A stretch of DNA of 59,579 nucleotides, the filler included, from Sphacelaria rigidula (lineage: Eukaryota), in NCBI GenBank assembly GCA_964200075.2. It is 5 parts of 5 records of this genome, joined end to end, with 100 filler letters (N's around TTAATTAATTAA, not from the genome) between each part and the next. Parts side by side here need not be neighbours in the genome. Positions count along the whole stretch, not along the records: positions 35,811 to 47,645 come from CAXNAA020004443.1; positions 47,746 to 59,579 come from CAXNAA020004444.1; 3 more parts are not named here. The stretch is one strand, 5' to 3'. Below the pieces are notes generated by a model. It worked only from the letters and a program-made list of their open reading frames with translations. It did no database searches and was not told where the DNA came from. The translations under genes and the position numbers were made by a program. This document shows, piece after piece, positions 37,653-49,636 of this stretch (positions within the stretch are counted from its first letter, which is position 1; every line of letters starts with the position of its first letter).

Positions 37653-40600
37653 CTACGCAACGCAACACGCCTCCGCTTCCTGTTGCTGGCGCAGCTGCTT
37701 TGCTATATCCCCAAAAGCCATCGCGCTATCCTCCAACTGTCGAGACTTGTCCACCAAGTTCTCTAACTTCTCCCCTCGCTCCACCGCAAGGTCATGCGCC
37801 TCGCTCACTGCAGCGTGCGCCCCACTAACCCCCGCAGCCCCCCGCGCTGTGCTAGATCCCGATCCCGCTCTTGCGGAGCGGCTACTCTTACCACCGCTCT
37901 CCACTCCCTCCCTTTCTCCGAACAAAGCTCGCCGCTCGTCGACTCCCTGGGCTTCCTTCGAAGCAGAGTTTTGCATCCCGTTTTCCCCATCATCATGTCT
38001 GCCGCCGCTGGCACTAAGCTGTTGTCGGGGCGTCCCGGCCCCCGCTGAAGCGGTCGGCCGGGGGGACTTAGGTTCGACCGCAAACACGTCTGCCAGGGAT
38101 TTCTTCGGTCCGCCTCCAAGCGAGAGGCGTCCCAACACGCCTCTTGCTGTCGTTTTCCGCGCGTGTTGTTGGTTACGCGGGTCAAGAGCGGTGTTATTGG
38201 CAGGATCCCCGTCGATTGGCCCACCAGAACACTGCCGTCGTCTTGCAGGGTCGGATGAGTAGGAGGCGCAAGAGGGCAGCACGGCCACGGAGATCTTCAC
38301 CAAGCGCTGTTTGGAACTCATGACCGCGTCGCACGCTTCGTCGGAGAGCAGCGACCACCGGGTCAACTCCTGTTATGAACACGGCAGTGTTTACGTCAAA
38401 GGCGCCCGAGGCGGTCGATGATGCGAGAGAAAACAGGCGAAACACTAAGCACACACGGTTTGTTGTTTCGATACCCGATTGAGTAGAAGGGAGGTGCACG
38501 ATGGATCGCCGGGAGAGCAGGTATTGGCTCTATCGAGAGTGCAGAGGGTCTACGTAATACAAACGAATGGGAAACGGAGGACACATACGGAACAGGGGCT
38601 CAAACGTTCCCCTTCGACAGCCCTGAAGCGCATGCCTACTGAGAAACGTCAACTCAGACAAAATCCTGCGGAATTTTCACCACGACAACCTACAGCATGC
38701 ACTTACCGCCCCATCGCAGATCGTGAGTTCCCCGACCAAATTACAAAGTGCTGCCTGAGAAGGGCCCGGATGCCGCTGCACGCTGCCGTCCTCCCCAAGG
38801 GGAAGCCTATCGCGGAAAACAGGTAGCAACGAGGGCAGTAACAGTCCTGTAACAAATCCAGAAATATCCGTCGCAATAAGGCAGCCTCGCCGTGGGATCT
38901 TGCCCGAGATAACGCCGCCGCCCGCCCCCGCCGCGACCATGCACACTCCCGCGCGGTCGACCCTTGAAGGGAGACCTCGCCCAGTCGCCGGTGGCATCTC
39001 AGTGCGTGATTTGACCACGAGTTCGGCGTTCGACTTACCCTTGAAGGCAGCGGCGACGTTGGGGTCGGGGCCCGAAGGACGCCTCTGAAACGCCGACATA
39101 ACTGTCGTCGCTTCTCGCTCGTCGACGGCTAGAACGACGGCCACGGCTCCGCGTACGACGAGAAAGAATGGTCTGGCCGGGGGTCGATCGCTGAGCATCT
39201 GTAACTCGTGTTCGTGGTAGCCGTCGACGGCGGTGCGTGCAGCAGAAGGCGACACCCAGATGGTCGTCTCCGACCGTTTTTGACCCGAAATTTGTGTTCC
39301 TTCATTTTGCTGTCCCGCGCTCCCGCCGCCATCAACCGCCGCCGCCTTGTTTCCTTCATCGGCAAAACTAGCTCTATGTGCGGGCGACGGTGTGAACGTG
39401 CTGAGCGGCTCCGACGCGTATGGCGCAAGAGGGACGCCGCGCTCGTCCACGCAAAATATCCATGTCTCCTCCTGTCGATCTGGATCCTCGGCCGCGCCTG
39501 TTCTGAGACCTGTGTTGATGTTATTCCCGCCTTGTTCGCCATCAATAACTCCGTGCTCGGGTGCAAGTCCGGGGACCGCGACAAGACCAACCGGGTCCCT
39601 GGAGGCCAGATCGAAGACGTTGAGCCAGCCCTCGAGGAGCACAAATAACGCACCCGCCGTCCCGTGCTTTACTGGTGTCTGCGGCTGCCGGCCTGTTCGC
39701 CCCGTGCCGCCAGCAAGAGCACGCGGCAGCGGTCCGATGGCGATGGACGGGTAGCAGGGCCTCATCTGGGGAGCGCGCATTGGCAGAAGGGAAGCGGCGC
39801 CTGTGGCAACGTCCGTGATAGAGACAACGCCTTCAGCATCCACCACAACAAGCGCCAGAGCAGACACGGAAGTGTCGAAGGACAAAGCAACGCAGCGGAC
39901 TGCATGGCCGTGAAGGCGTAACGCAAGCTGTACTAAGGATGCCTCACGCGGTGGAGGTGCATGTGGTGCTAGCGCGGACTGCTGTGTCTCAGCCTCAGCC
40001 TCACGATCATCAGCACCCTCTGACGACACTACCGGAGGAAGAGATGAAGACTCTGCTGTCGCTTCAACAACGCCGCCTTCCGATCCGTCGGTCGCCGGCT
40101 GCAAGAGGTGTTCGTGTGGTTCTAAAACCTGAGTTCCATCGATACCTTCCTTCTCGGATGTGTCGAGGGCCATTCCCGGATTGTTTGCTAGTGGAACGGA
40201 ACTACCCGTCGGTCGGCTTTCGTCATTCTCCGCACTACCTTCTCCTTGCGCTTGGATCGTAAGCGCCTCTGCTCGAGCCTCGGCGATGGCATCCTCCAGC
40301 TCCTTATCTACGTACTCGCTTTCGACCGCAGGGACCCCCACACCTCGCCCAAGAAGCCCCTTCCATCCTGCTTTGGCACCGCCCGAGTCACCATCGCTTA
40401 TCTCGACGTTGGATATTACTACCGGTCGATCTGAAACCGGCGCGCTTCCTTCCTGGTCGCCCCCGACACCTCCGCCACCCCACCGACTGTCCCCGTTACT
40501 TACATGCACTCTGCTGGATAAAATAAGCACGACAGCTTCACCACTCTCGAACCCCACAGCTACCCAACAGGCGTCCCGCTCCGCCGCAGCCACGTGGTCA

Positions 40601-43207
40601 CGCTCAATCCACACGTCCAAAGCTGTCACGGCACTTGCTGCGCCCTCAGCATCTCCAGCGAGCTCGGCGGCCGCCAGCGAACCCAACAACGAAGCTCCCG
40701 ATGGCACGTCCCGCATCTCCATTCTCCCGTCGGCGATGTGGACGCCGTCGCTTCGCGACGCCGGCCCGTAGCATTCCCAGAAGGTAAGCGTGCCATTCGC
40801 GTGACCCGCCACCAGCATCTCGGACGTGCAGAGCGCCTCGTCGCGTGCCGTCGTTGGCACACTCTCTGCCCACTGTATCCCGCCTCCTCGCAGTAGTGAA
40901 GATGACGATGAGTCGACCTGGCCTATGGATCCGGCCTTCTCGCCTGCTCCTAAACACGCCACGAAGTTGAGGATGGTGGAAGAGGAGAGGAGCGGCGTGC
41001 TCGCCACTTTCGTCACCGGGGCAAACCCCGAGGGATGAGAGCCAAGCCTCTCCGGTCTCAACTGCAGCAGCGCTACGTAAGGGGCGATTTGGATTGGACA
41101 CGCCTGAATAGATGAAATTCGACGGAAACGAAGCCGTCTGTCGGCGCCTCGCACTTCCTCTGTCGAGTTGACGAGGCCCATCACAACCAGCTCTTGTGTC
41201 ACATCTATGCACTTTTCACCCTCCTCTTCTTCGCTTGTGACACGACGGCTCTCTTCATCTCGCTGTGCAGATGCATCTAATGCTGGACGGATCACTTCGC
41301 CACTACCACTACTCTGAGAGGAATCTCCTCGCATCGAGGCGGGCCCGTCGCCACCGCTGACGCCCCCTCCCGTAAGAACTACGCCGTGAACGCACGACAG
41401 TCTCTCTTGTCCAATAGCGAACGGTACAAAAACTGCTGTCTCAAGCACCGTGGGGATAGAATTGTGTTTCTTGCCTCTCCGGCGTCCACCGGAAAGTTGT
41501 TCCTCGACACCACTTGTCACTGAATCGCTCGACGTAACCAACAGGCTAACACCGTCGGGCTCTTCACCCTCGTCAATCTCAACCCCACCGGCCACGAGGA
41601 GCCCCCATGCAGATTGCAAGCGCACCCACTGCACTAGCGACACCGGGGTGCGCACGATCGTCGGTCCTTCGCGCGGGAATGATCCATCATCCCCCACCTC
41701 ACTCACCCAACGCGGTGAACCCAGATCCCGAGAGGATGAGGTGGGGAACAGTGCATAGCACCCACAGGAGAACCCCGCCGCAAACTCCTCCATGCTCGGA
41801 TGAAATGCTAGGCTTGTTACCTCACGGTCCTCATCATCCACACTGTTGCCACCGTCGCCGTCGCTACCCTGCTTACTGCTATGTAACGCTATCGCGGACA
41901 GACCAGTGACGGTTATACGTTTCCGTCGGACAAGTTCCCACAACACAATTGCACCGTGCCGATGGCCAAGGAGGACAAGTGCACCTCCGTCCCTCCCGCC
42001 CGAGGATGCAATAGCAGTCACCGCGCCTAGGACACCATCGCCATAACCATCGCCGCCCCCTGGGGCATGCAACTCTTCGGGCGCCCCAGAAGCAATATCC
42101 CGCGACGTCAACACATAGCCGGATACACGAAGGCTTGGAGATACTTGTACAACCCGGACAGATCCGCTTTCAAGGCCAAGATAAATATATCGCTGCTGCT
42201 GGCTACCTTCGACGGCGGCACTGCCAGCAGCATCGACGGGCGCGGAAACTGGAGTATCTGGACAGTGGACGGTCGTCACATTTTCTGCTGGGTTGCAGGG
42301 CGGAAGATGGTCACAGCGCCGACCCCCTTGGGAGAGGTCCCACGCCAGGACAGCACCCGCGGCCGTTATCCCAACGAGTAGGTTGGGGTGTGGGAAGGCG
42401 AGGTATGAGGGCGGGTCCTCCACGGCAGCGAGCGCGCCTTCGTCTTCGAGCACCAGCTCAACACCGGTCCGGCCAAGTATCTTGATCATGCCCTCGCGTG
42501 ATGCCACCGCAAGAAGGCCCTGTGTGTGTGTGCGGCACGGGAGGGGATTGACGTGTCGTGGGGTAGGGTTCGTATGGACCTCGCCGCGTCACCTGGGAGC
42601 GAGAGGAATTTTGGTCAAATCGGTACAGCGGGCAAGACGACTCAGACTGCTCGTTCACGAGTGTTGTTTCAGGTGGAAAAGCAAAAACCGAAACGCCAAC
42701 AACGCCGGGCACCCTTGTGTGCACTCGTACAGACGAGTACTGTACGGTACAGAAACTACAAAAAGTCGGATTGATCTCTCGCTCAAGTCCATGCGCCAAA
42801 ACAGCTTACAAAGTGTTCTGGAGTCGTAAACTCCCGTAGCAGCATTTTCTGTCTTCGTGCCGCATGGGGTTGTCGGGATCCGCACTCCAAACAAAAACTG
42901 GGAGCTGCGGATATCAACAGTCTCGTCTCTAACGGGAGCTCATCGGCTTTTTCGTTGACACGACCGGATGGGCGGCTGCTACACCCACAACAGACAGCTA
43001 CAGGGGAGAGCATTTCGCCATGCGTCGTGTACAGCCGATGTCCTACAACGCGCTGCATATTACGCAACTATTCTGTGCAAGTACGGTACTGTCGAGAGGG
43101 ATGCCTCTACCTTACGGGCTCACATTCGTGGATTCGTAGCTCAGTGTGGATACATCCGTCGGCAGGCCGTGGTGGCCAAAACGTTTGGGGCTAGCAAAGG
43201 AGCCCAT
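37653..43207 (-). CDS. STXBP5: Tomosyn/Lgl-family WD40 protein with C-terminal R-SNARE motif (~1540 aa)
   Basis: Exons 43207 (or further 5')-43124, 42519-38707 and 38369-37653, with phase-0 GT-AG junctions. RFGHHGLPTDVSTLSYESTN|GLLAVASREGMIKILGRTGVE matches the tomosyn/Lgl N-terminus (HGFP..PSALAFDPVQ.ILA.GT..G.I...G.PGV). WD40-like strands: VLLGHRHGAIVLWEL, VTSLAFHP, LVAGHANGTLTFWE. The C-terminal AVSEAHDLAVERGEKLENLVDKSRQLEDSAMAF is an R-SNARE coil with no transmembrane helix. The symbol is a family-level assignment. Confidence 0.87.
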
Positions 43208-44123
43208 CACCTCGGCCAGATTCGCATCTGGCTGTGGGATAGCACGCTCTTGGTTCGACGGCGGTGCCGCATTCCTCTGCCTTGGTCCGCCGGCGACTCC
43301 GACCTGCTGAAAGAAAAGTCGCCCTGAATATTATTGTTGTTGTCTTCAAAGTCAAAATTGTTCCGATATCTGCGGAGTACTCCTCTGCTGGATACATAGT
43401 ATACAATGCATAGTACAGTTCAGACACTTCGTGTGGGAGAATTGCGCGAATCATGAATCACGCCTTCCGAACGGGAGAAGGTACTTCGGGCCGGACGATG
43501 TTCGGCGTACTGGCCCAACTATGGCCCTATGAACGGGACTAGGCAGATTGCAACAGCCGGCGACTGAAACCTTCACTAGTATTTGTCAGCAGCAAGCCCT
43601 TATATATTATTTTCTGTATCGTACTCTACCTTACTCAAGCGTTTGTATTTACTCTTGCCTATACTGTTCTATATCTGTACTGTTGTGTTCTAAGTTCTGA
43701 TGTCAAAGCGGGTGTTGTTGTGGCCTTGATATCAACCCGAGAGTAGTTATGAACAAAGTAGGTAACCACCTCTCACCTGGCTCAGAATGTTCCGCATATA
43801 TCTCCCTTTCGCCAAGCTCTACGTTATCGCTCGCCTGTTTTTCGTGCAACCACCGTTGCTACAACATGTATGACTCCTCTTGTTCCGTCATCCCCAGGTC
43901 ATTTGTCATCCTGAATCTCGTATTTTGTCGTGGTCATCACCCAAAAGTCCGCCAAGCAATGAAGAGCACCAGCACACCGCACGGGAAGCGCGATCTACTT
44001 GCACAGCTAGCGCACGGAACTGTCCACAGGGCAAGACAGCCTGTTCGTTGTCATCATCCTTATGTAAGACGATAAGCGCGAACGCGGGGCATCAAAGACT
44101 AGTTAGCAGCGATCAGGAAGGAC

Positions 44124-47100
44124 ATGAAGCGAGTGTTGGCGACTGCGATAGCGTGCAGCGGGTGCTGCCTGGTCGAATCCTCTGCAGGGCCCATCGGAGG
44201 GGCGTCTTCGGGCGGCGGTGGGGGGTGGCGACCGCCACCGAGTGCTCCTAACCTTCAGGGAGAACATAATAATGAGCCCGCTATGCGTCACCTGCCCTCA
44301 AGCGGGAGTGGGGGTAACGGCATGCCAGGTGGAACCTACTACACGGCACCACCGTCAGGCGCCTACGGGGGCGACCAGCATGGAGAGGCACAGGGTGTGA
44401 TTCAAGGTCCGGGTGCACACGGCGGCGGCAGCGGCGGCTATGGTAGTCGCCCTCCCGATTATCAGCGGCATCAGCAGCAGCAGGCGCCGCCACCATCGCA
44501 TGGCTATCAGCAGCCTGGATCTTATCCCCCACAGCAATCGGAATGGGCCGGGCAATATAGAGCACAGTCACCGCAGTCACCGCCACTTCAACAGCACTAT
44601 GGCGATGACTATCGCTCGCAGCGGCCATACCAACCCGCGGAGCCCTTGCGGCTAGGCACAAAGTGGAGAAATATCGTTTCGCGCGTGAAGGATGCCGTAC
44701 GACCAGGGCAACCGATGGAATACGGAGGTGGTGGCGGAGGCGGTGGCAGTTGGGGAGCGAGTGGCAGTGGCAATGGTTTGGACGACTATCCTCCGCGTGC
44801 GCCGACCTGGGTAGAGCAGCAAAACGGCATACGGCGGAATGTAGGGGCATATACCACTGCAGCAGATGATGCATATGGGCAGCAGCAGCAGCAGCAGCAG
44901 CAGGGCACAAATAATGGGCGTTACTCTGACAGCTATGGCCCCGAGCATCAGTACATGGGTACGGGGCATGGAGGCTACGAGCACCAGCAGGAGGAGACAA
45001 CGACATACGGTGAACCACAACACCAAACCGGCTCTGAAAGATATCCACCACCGCAATTTTTCGGCGAAGCAAGACCTGCGACGACCGGGGTCGCAGATCC
45101 TCGTGAAGAGGTCGGCCCAAGTGGGAGTGAAGGGGAATGGTGGCAGTCCTCGTCGCCTTCAGAGTCTTTTTACAGTCCCGACGGGAGCGACGGTAGCTTT
45201 CACGAAACCGAGCGACCTGGGCACGGAGGCGACGGCAGCGGCAGCACCGTGACTTCGCTGGAGGAGCGGCAAGGCCCGGGCGCAGCGCTGATGACACACG
45301 GAATGCCACCGCCGTTAGACTCGCCGGTTCAGGAGCAGCACGCTTTTCAGCAGCAGCAGCAGCAGCAGCAGCAGGCAGTGGGACGGGGCTGGGCTTCGAC
45401 GACTCCTGAGCACACCTACGAGGCACCACCCCCTCAACAGCAGCAGCAGCAGCAACAACAACAACAACAATGGCAGCAGCATGACCGTAAGGGAGGTCCT
45501 AGCGACGACATGAAGAGTAATGAGGGAAAACTGCCAGAAAATGCTCTCCCATCTGCATCTTCTAGCAGTCGGCAATTGCACGACCACGTATCGCCGGCGG
45601 TGGGAGATGACACCCTACGGCGCAACGTGGCCGGGGAGCGCAACAGTGGAGCGATGGCAGAGGCGGCGATGGCCGCAGACGATGCGTTACTAACGCGGAA
45701 GCTAGGAAGCGAGGATCTCGTAGAGGATTTAGCGCCGATCGGTAGGGCGGAAGCGGTGCATCCCATATCGACAGGCGACCTGAACGACCTGATGCCAGCT
45801 TCAGCAGACCATGGTCTAGAGAAAGTGGACTGGGGAGAAAAGACAGAGGAAGATAACGACGAGTCATTGAATCCGATTTCTGCCGCGGGGGTCATGCTTG
45901 GTCAGGGTGAAGAGAATGAGCGCGAGGAAGAGGCGTTGATACGTGAGTTGGAACGTATGGATGGTATCGGCGGCGAAGAGCAAGACGTGGTCGCCCGAGC
46001 TGCCGACGAGCTGCTACAGGAAAAGCGGGAGGCAGACAATGCCGAAGAGGCAATGGAACACACACTTGATGTTTTGTTCGACAGTATCCGGGACGATGAA
46101 GGCACCAACGTCGATGACAACGGCTACAACAGTGACTTGGATGTTGGCGTTGACGATATTGACGACCTCGTATTCCCCCTTCCCCCGGTAGTTGAGGACG
46201 ATAACGTCAGCAATGAAGTGCCGACTGTTGGTGTGACCCATCGCCCCGGTAATGAGCACTCTGATGATAGCTTTTGTCAAGAAGAGCACACGGTGCCGGA
46301 GGGCCGAGATGCCGAGGCCGGCACCGATAGTTATTCCCTGCAGCAGCAGCAGCAGCAGCAGCAGCAGCCGCAGCAGATCTGGCACGACAGCCTTCATGAT
46401 CCGGGTAACGAGAACTTGAACTCACGGGGGTTCAACATGGCGGCGAACGGCGGAGACCCCCATGGAGATGCCGAGGAGAATTTGCAAGATGCCGTGTACG
46501 GCGGCGGTGGTGAAGGTGAGGATGGCGGGTCGTTTTGGGGGAAATCAGGACGGTGGGAGTCCCTACCTACCCATACCATTGCTGTTCATGAGCGGGGAGG
46601 TGAGGAGGAAGGCAAAGTGGACGGCGAGGGAGAGGAGGGAGAGGAGGTGAATGATGAAGACGAGGTAGATATCATCATACCCTTGGACCCGATTGAATTG
46701 CCGCCGTCAGCAGCCTCCGACGATATCTGGAACGACCAACACCTGCAGGACCAGCTCGATGCGTACTGGGAGCAAAGTCGGAAGGCCCGCGGCGGCGGTG
46801 GCGGCGGCGGCAACAGTGGCCAAGGGAAGGACGGCGACGTTAGTAGTCTGGGAATGGAGTACGCAAGCGACCTGTTTCACGGGGGCAGGAGCAGGGAGGA
46901 ACAGCAGCGGCAGCAGCAACTGTCGACACTCCCGCGCAACCTCCAGCCGACGTACGGCCCGAGTGATTGGGTGGGGAAGAGCAGGCGACAGAGAGACTGG
47001 CTTAGGATAGGGCGTGACCTTGATGGGGTGACAGAGATGATGGTGCAGCAAGAGCCCTTGCCAGGAACCGTGGTCGACGGCATCCCCCGAGCGGGCAATA

Positions 47101-47294
47101 ACTGGGTTACGCCGAACCAGTTCGAGGGGAACCAAGCACCAATCAACATCTACGGGAACGTATACGTGCATCTGCCGCCAGGCCAGAAGAACGGCGACGA
47201 GCATTTGCCGGGTTCTGCTGAGCTTAGCGCCAGGGAACGCTACTATTCGCAGGGGGAGACTAGCTGGTCTGGGAGCCAACGAGGGGGCCAATAA
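44124..47294 (+). CDS. Hypothetical 1056-aa low-complexity protein (Gly/Gln/Pro/Tyr-rich then acidic), possible signal peptide
   Basis: Uninterrupted 3.17-kb ATG-TAA ORF with in-frame CAG runs (polyQ) and a coherent composition. N-terminus is MKRVLATAIACSGCCLVESSA. No recognisable domain. Confidence 0.75.
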   Translation: MKRVLATAIACSGCCLVESSAGPIGGASSGGGGGWRPPPSAPNLQGEHNNEPAMRHLPSSGSGGNGMPGGTYYTAPPSGAYGGDQHGEAQGVIQGPGAHGGGSGGYGSRPPDYQRHQQQQAPPPSHGYQQPGSYPPQQSEWAGQYRAQSPQSPPLQQHYGDDYRSQRPYQPAEPLRLGTKWRNIVSRVKDAVRPGQPMEYGGGGGGGGSWGASGSGNGLDDYPPRAPTWVEQQNGIRRNVGAYTTAADDAYGQQQQQQQQGTNNGRYSDSYGPEHQYMGTGHGGYEHQQEETTTYGEPQHQTGSERYPPPQFFGEARPATTGVADPREEVGPSGSEGEWWQSSSPSESFYSPDGSDGSFHETERPGHGGDGSGSTVTSLEERQGPGAALMTHGMPPPLDSPVQEQHAFQQQQQQQQQAVGRGWASTTPEHTYEAPPPQQQQQQQQQQQQWQQHDRKGGPSDDMKSNEGKLPENALPSASSSSRQLHDHVSPAVGDDTLRRNVAGERNSGAMAEAAMAADDALLTRKLGSEDLVEDLAPIGRAEAVHPISTGDLNDLMPASADHGLEKVDWGEKTEEDNDESLNPISAAGVMLGQGEENEREEEALIRELERMDGIGGEEQDVVARAADELLQEKREADNAEEAMEHTLDVLFDSIRDDEGTNVDDNGYNSDLDVGVDDIDDLVFPLPPVVEDDNVSNEVPTVGVTHRPGNEHSDDSFCQEEHTVPEGRDAEAGTDSYSLQQQQQQQQQPQQIWHDSLHDPGNENLNSRGFNMAANGGDPHGDAEENLQDAVYGGGGEGEDGGSFWGKSGRWESLPTHTIAVHERGGEEEGKVDGEGEEGEEVNDEDEVDIIIPLDPIELPPSAASDDIWNDQHLQDQLDAYWEQSRKARGGGGGGGNSGQGKDGDVSSLGMEYASDLFHGGRSREEQQRQQQLSTLPRNLQPTYGPSDWVGKSRRQRDWLRIGRDLDGVTEMMVQQEPLPGTVVDGIPRAGNNWVTPNQFEGNQAPINIYGNVYVHLPPGQKNGDEHLPGSAELSARERYYSQGETSWSGSQRGGQ

Positions 47295-47645
47295 CATCAA
47301 TAGTTATATGATGTCGGGGGAGCGGGGGGGAATTGGTGTTGTACTTGGCTTCCATTGGACCGTGAGGCTAACGTCCACTTCCGGGGGAAGGGCGGGTAAG
47401 GGGTTCAGGTGAACGGGTACTTGGGGGTAGAGTCATCAAGTTTTTTTTTCCGGATTTTTTCGGCGGTTTGTTTGTTTCTGCTATCGTTTAGAGTGGTACT
47501 GTTTTATCGCTAGATTTGTTCTGGTTTGACGAGGAATTCGTCCCTTTGTGTTTTTGTTCGTGGCCGTGTCGGAATCACGCTTTGGTCTATTTCACGGTTA
47601 GGACAAATCATCACGACTCAAAATCACCAAATTCACGATTTCTTC

Positions 47646-47745
47646 NNNNNNNNNNNNNNNNNNNNNNNNNNNNNNNNNNNNNNNNNNNNTTAATTAATTA
47701 ANNNNNNNNNNNNNNNNNNNNNNNNNNNNNNNNNNNNNNNNNNNN
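47646..47745. other. Scaffold gap
   Basis: Same linker. Confidence 0.99.
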
Positions 47746-47811
47746 GTCCGCCCCTACAAAGCCGGGACGGAGCACGCCGGGTTCTCGCCGGACCAGGCGT
47801 GGGGGGGGGGG
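47746..47811 (-). repeat. Repeat family A fragment, reverse orientation
   Basis: Reverse complement reads (C)nACGCCTGGTCCGGCGAGAACCCGGCGTGCTCCGTCCCGGCTTTGTAGGG. Confidence 0.85.
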
Positions 47812-49120
47812 TCTTTTTGGCTCGCGGCTGCGCCGCACGATGACCAAACCATCATGTACCATTTAACTGGTCAATGAGTGCGCTAAGTGTTACCATTCAA
47901 GTGGTAAATGGTTAGGCAAACCATTTCTGAGCTCTAGTTATTAGTCGTGCATGTTGCATGCTGGGGTAGGGTAACCTGTCCGCACCGTGCAACCTTGGCG
48001 CCGTCCTTGGAATTGGAACAGGATCGCCGCGCGGAGCGCTCTCGTCACTCTCCGCCGTGTCTGGCGTGCAGGAGACTTTAGCAATGCATCGCAAATTATT
48101 CCTCCCCATCTCTGTCACTTTCGCGGTGGAATTGTTCGCACGCCCCCATCCCCCGCGTGTGTGCTTCATAACCTTCGTGCATCATCACCACCATACGTAA
48201 CAAGTGCCAAAAGGAAACAAAACGCCGCCAAAAAGACACCGGATGGCGTTCAGGTAGGAAAGCTACTACAGTCACCCTTGTCCGGGTGACAGCAAGTAGG
48301 GCAGCTGCAACGAAACTAATGTTTACTACGAACACAATCGCCGCCTAAATCCTCAGGACACAAACAGAGACGGAGGCCGAAATGTTTCAGCAACACCACG
48401 GGTGTATTGTATATCTGCACGCGCCGAGGTTGCGCGCCGGCGCTCTGTTCACTGAACTGTTCCAGGCACTAGTCGATCCCGTCCGTGCCGCTGTCTTCGC
48501 TGTAGTCTGTTCCTCTGAGTGAGGGTCTATCCCTCAATGTGCCTCCGGCGACGTGTTCATGCCGGCACACCTGCCAGTCAGGACGGCAGTGAGCGATGAA
48601 CCTGCGGTTATTGCATGCCATGGATTGCTGGTGTCATATACTTAACTCCGGGCAGCATGCGGCCCTAGTTCCACCCCAGGAGTCGGCATCATGATTACAT
48701 ACAACAACGTTTTCGTGAGATTGAGAGCAGAGGTTACGATCGAGATCGAGGAGCAGTCAAGTAATGGGATGCAAATTTATGTTCCGAAATACCCCTCCAC
48801 GAGACCCGATACGCTTTGTGTAGTAGCTTGCTACTGAAGCCCTTGATATCCTTCAGTACGATATCGATGTGTAGCTGAAAGGATACGCCGGTGATAGAGG
48901 CAACGACAAGCACATGCACAACAAAAAGTCAATCAAGTTAGATAAGTAAAAACCTGTCGGGCAGGGGGAAACCCTATCCGTTAGGGAAGGAAAAAATCTA
49001 TAGCTCCATTTCCAACGACAGAAACACCAGACAGGTACGGTCGCTGTCGTTTTCTCGGGATCTCAGTTAGACTAAAGAACAATTGGCTACTTAGCTAATC
49101 GCGCGTCGACACCCCGGATC

Positions 49121-49622
49121 AGTTACACTGGATTCTGGGGTAGTACGGGGCTTTAACCGCATCCAACACTGGTTGGATCGCTAAAAACAACCTTTCCGCG
49201 AACTGATCAATAGTTACAGGAGTGCAGCTTTTGATTGGCGCTCTTCTATAATTACTGACGCCTATACTAGTGGGAATAGAGCCCACGCGCCTTGGCTCAC
49301 GCATGTACCCGTATGTTACGAAATGGGAAACAAATATTATCAAGATGGTAAAATGAAAAGAGAGGAATACAGGTACTTGCATGTTACATAATGGAAACCA
49401 GGCAATATGCCAAAACACCCCCAAAACGAAAATGAAAAAGAAACAGCAACACTCGCGATCGTAAAACAGGAACACTCGCAAGTCACAAAAACAGGAACAC
49501 TCGCAATTCTTGACTAAAACGTACGGTACCAGCAAGATATAGATATTCGTTCGTTTATTTTACAACCACCTTTCCTGCGCAATGATATCTTGTACCATCT
49601 GATACAACGGTTACTGCTTAAC
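49121..49622 (-). repeat. Possible 3' LTR of the Gypsy element
   Basis: About 500 bp following the integrase stop and purine-rich tracts (GGGAAAGGGGA, GCGGGGA on the - strand). Ends (C)GTTAA..GTAAC(T) resemble degenerate TG..CA termini. No second copy in the window. Confidence 0.3.
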
Positions 49623-49636
49623 GTCCCCGCTGTAGT

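Noticed and set aside
44281..45429. 382-aa and other minus-strand ORFs over the 1056-aa gene
   Set aside because: Shadow ORFs of GC-rich, CAG-repeat coding sequence.
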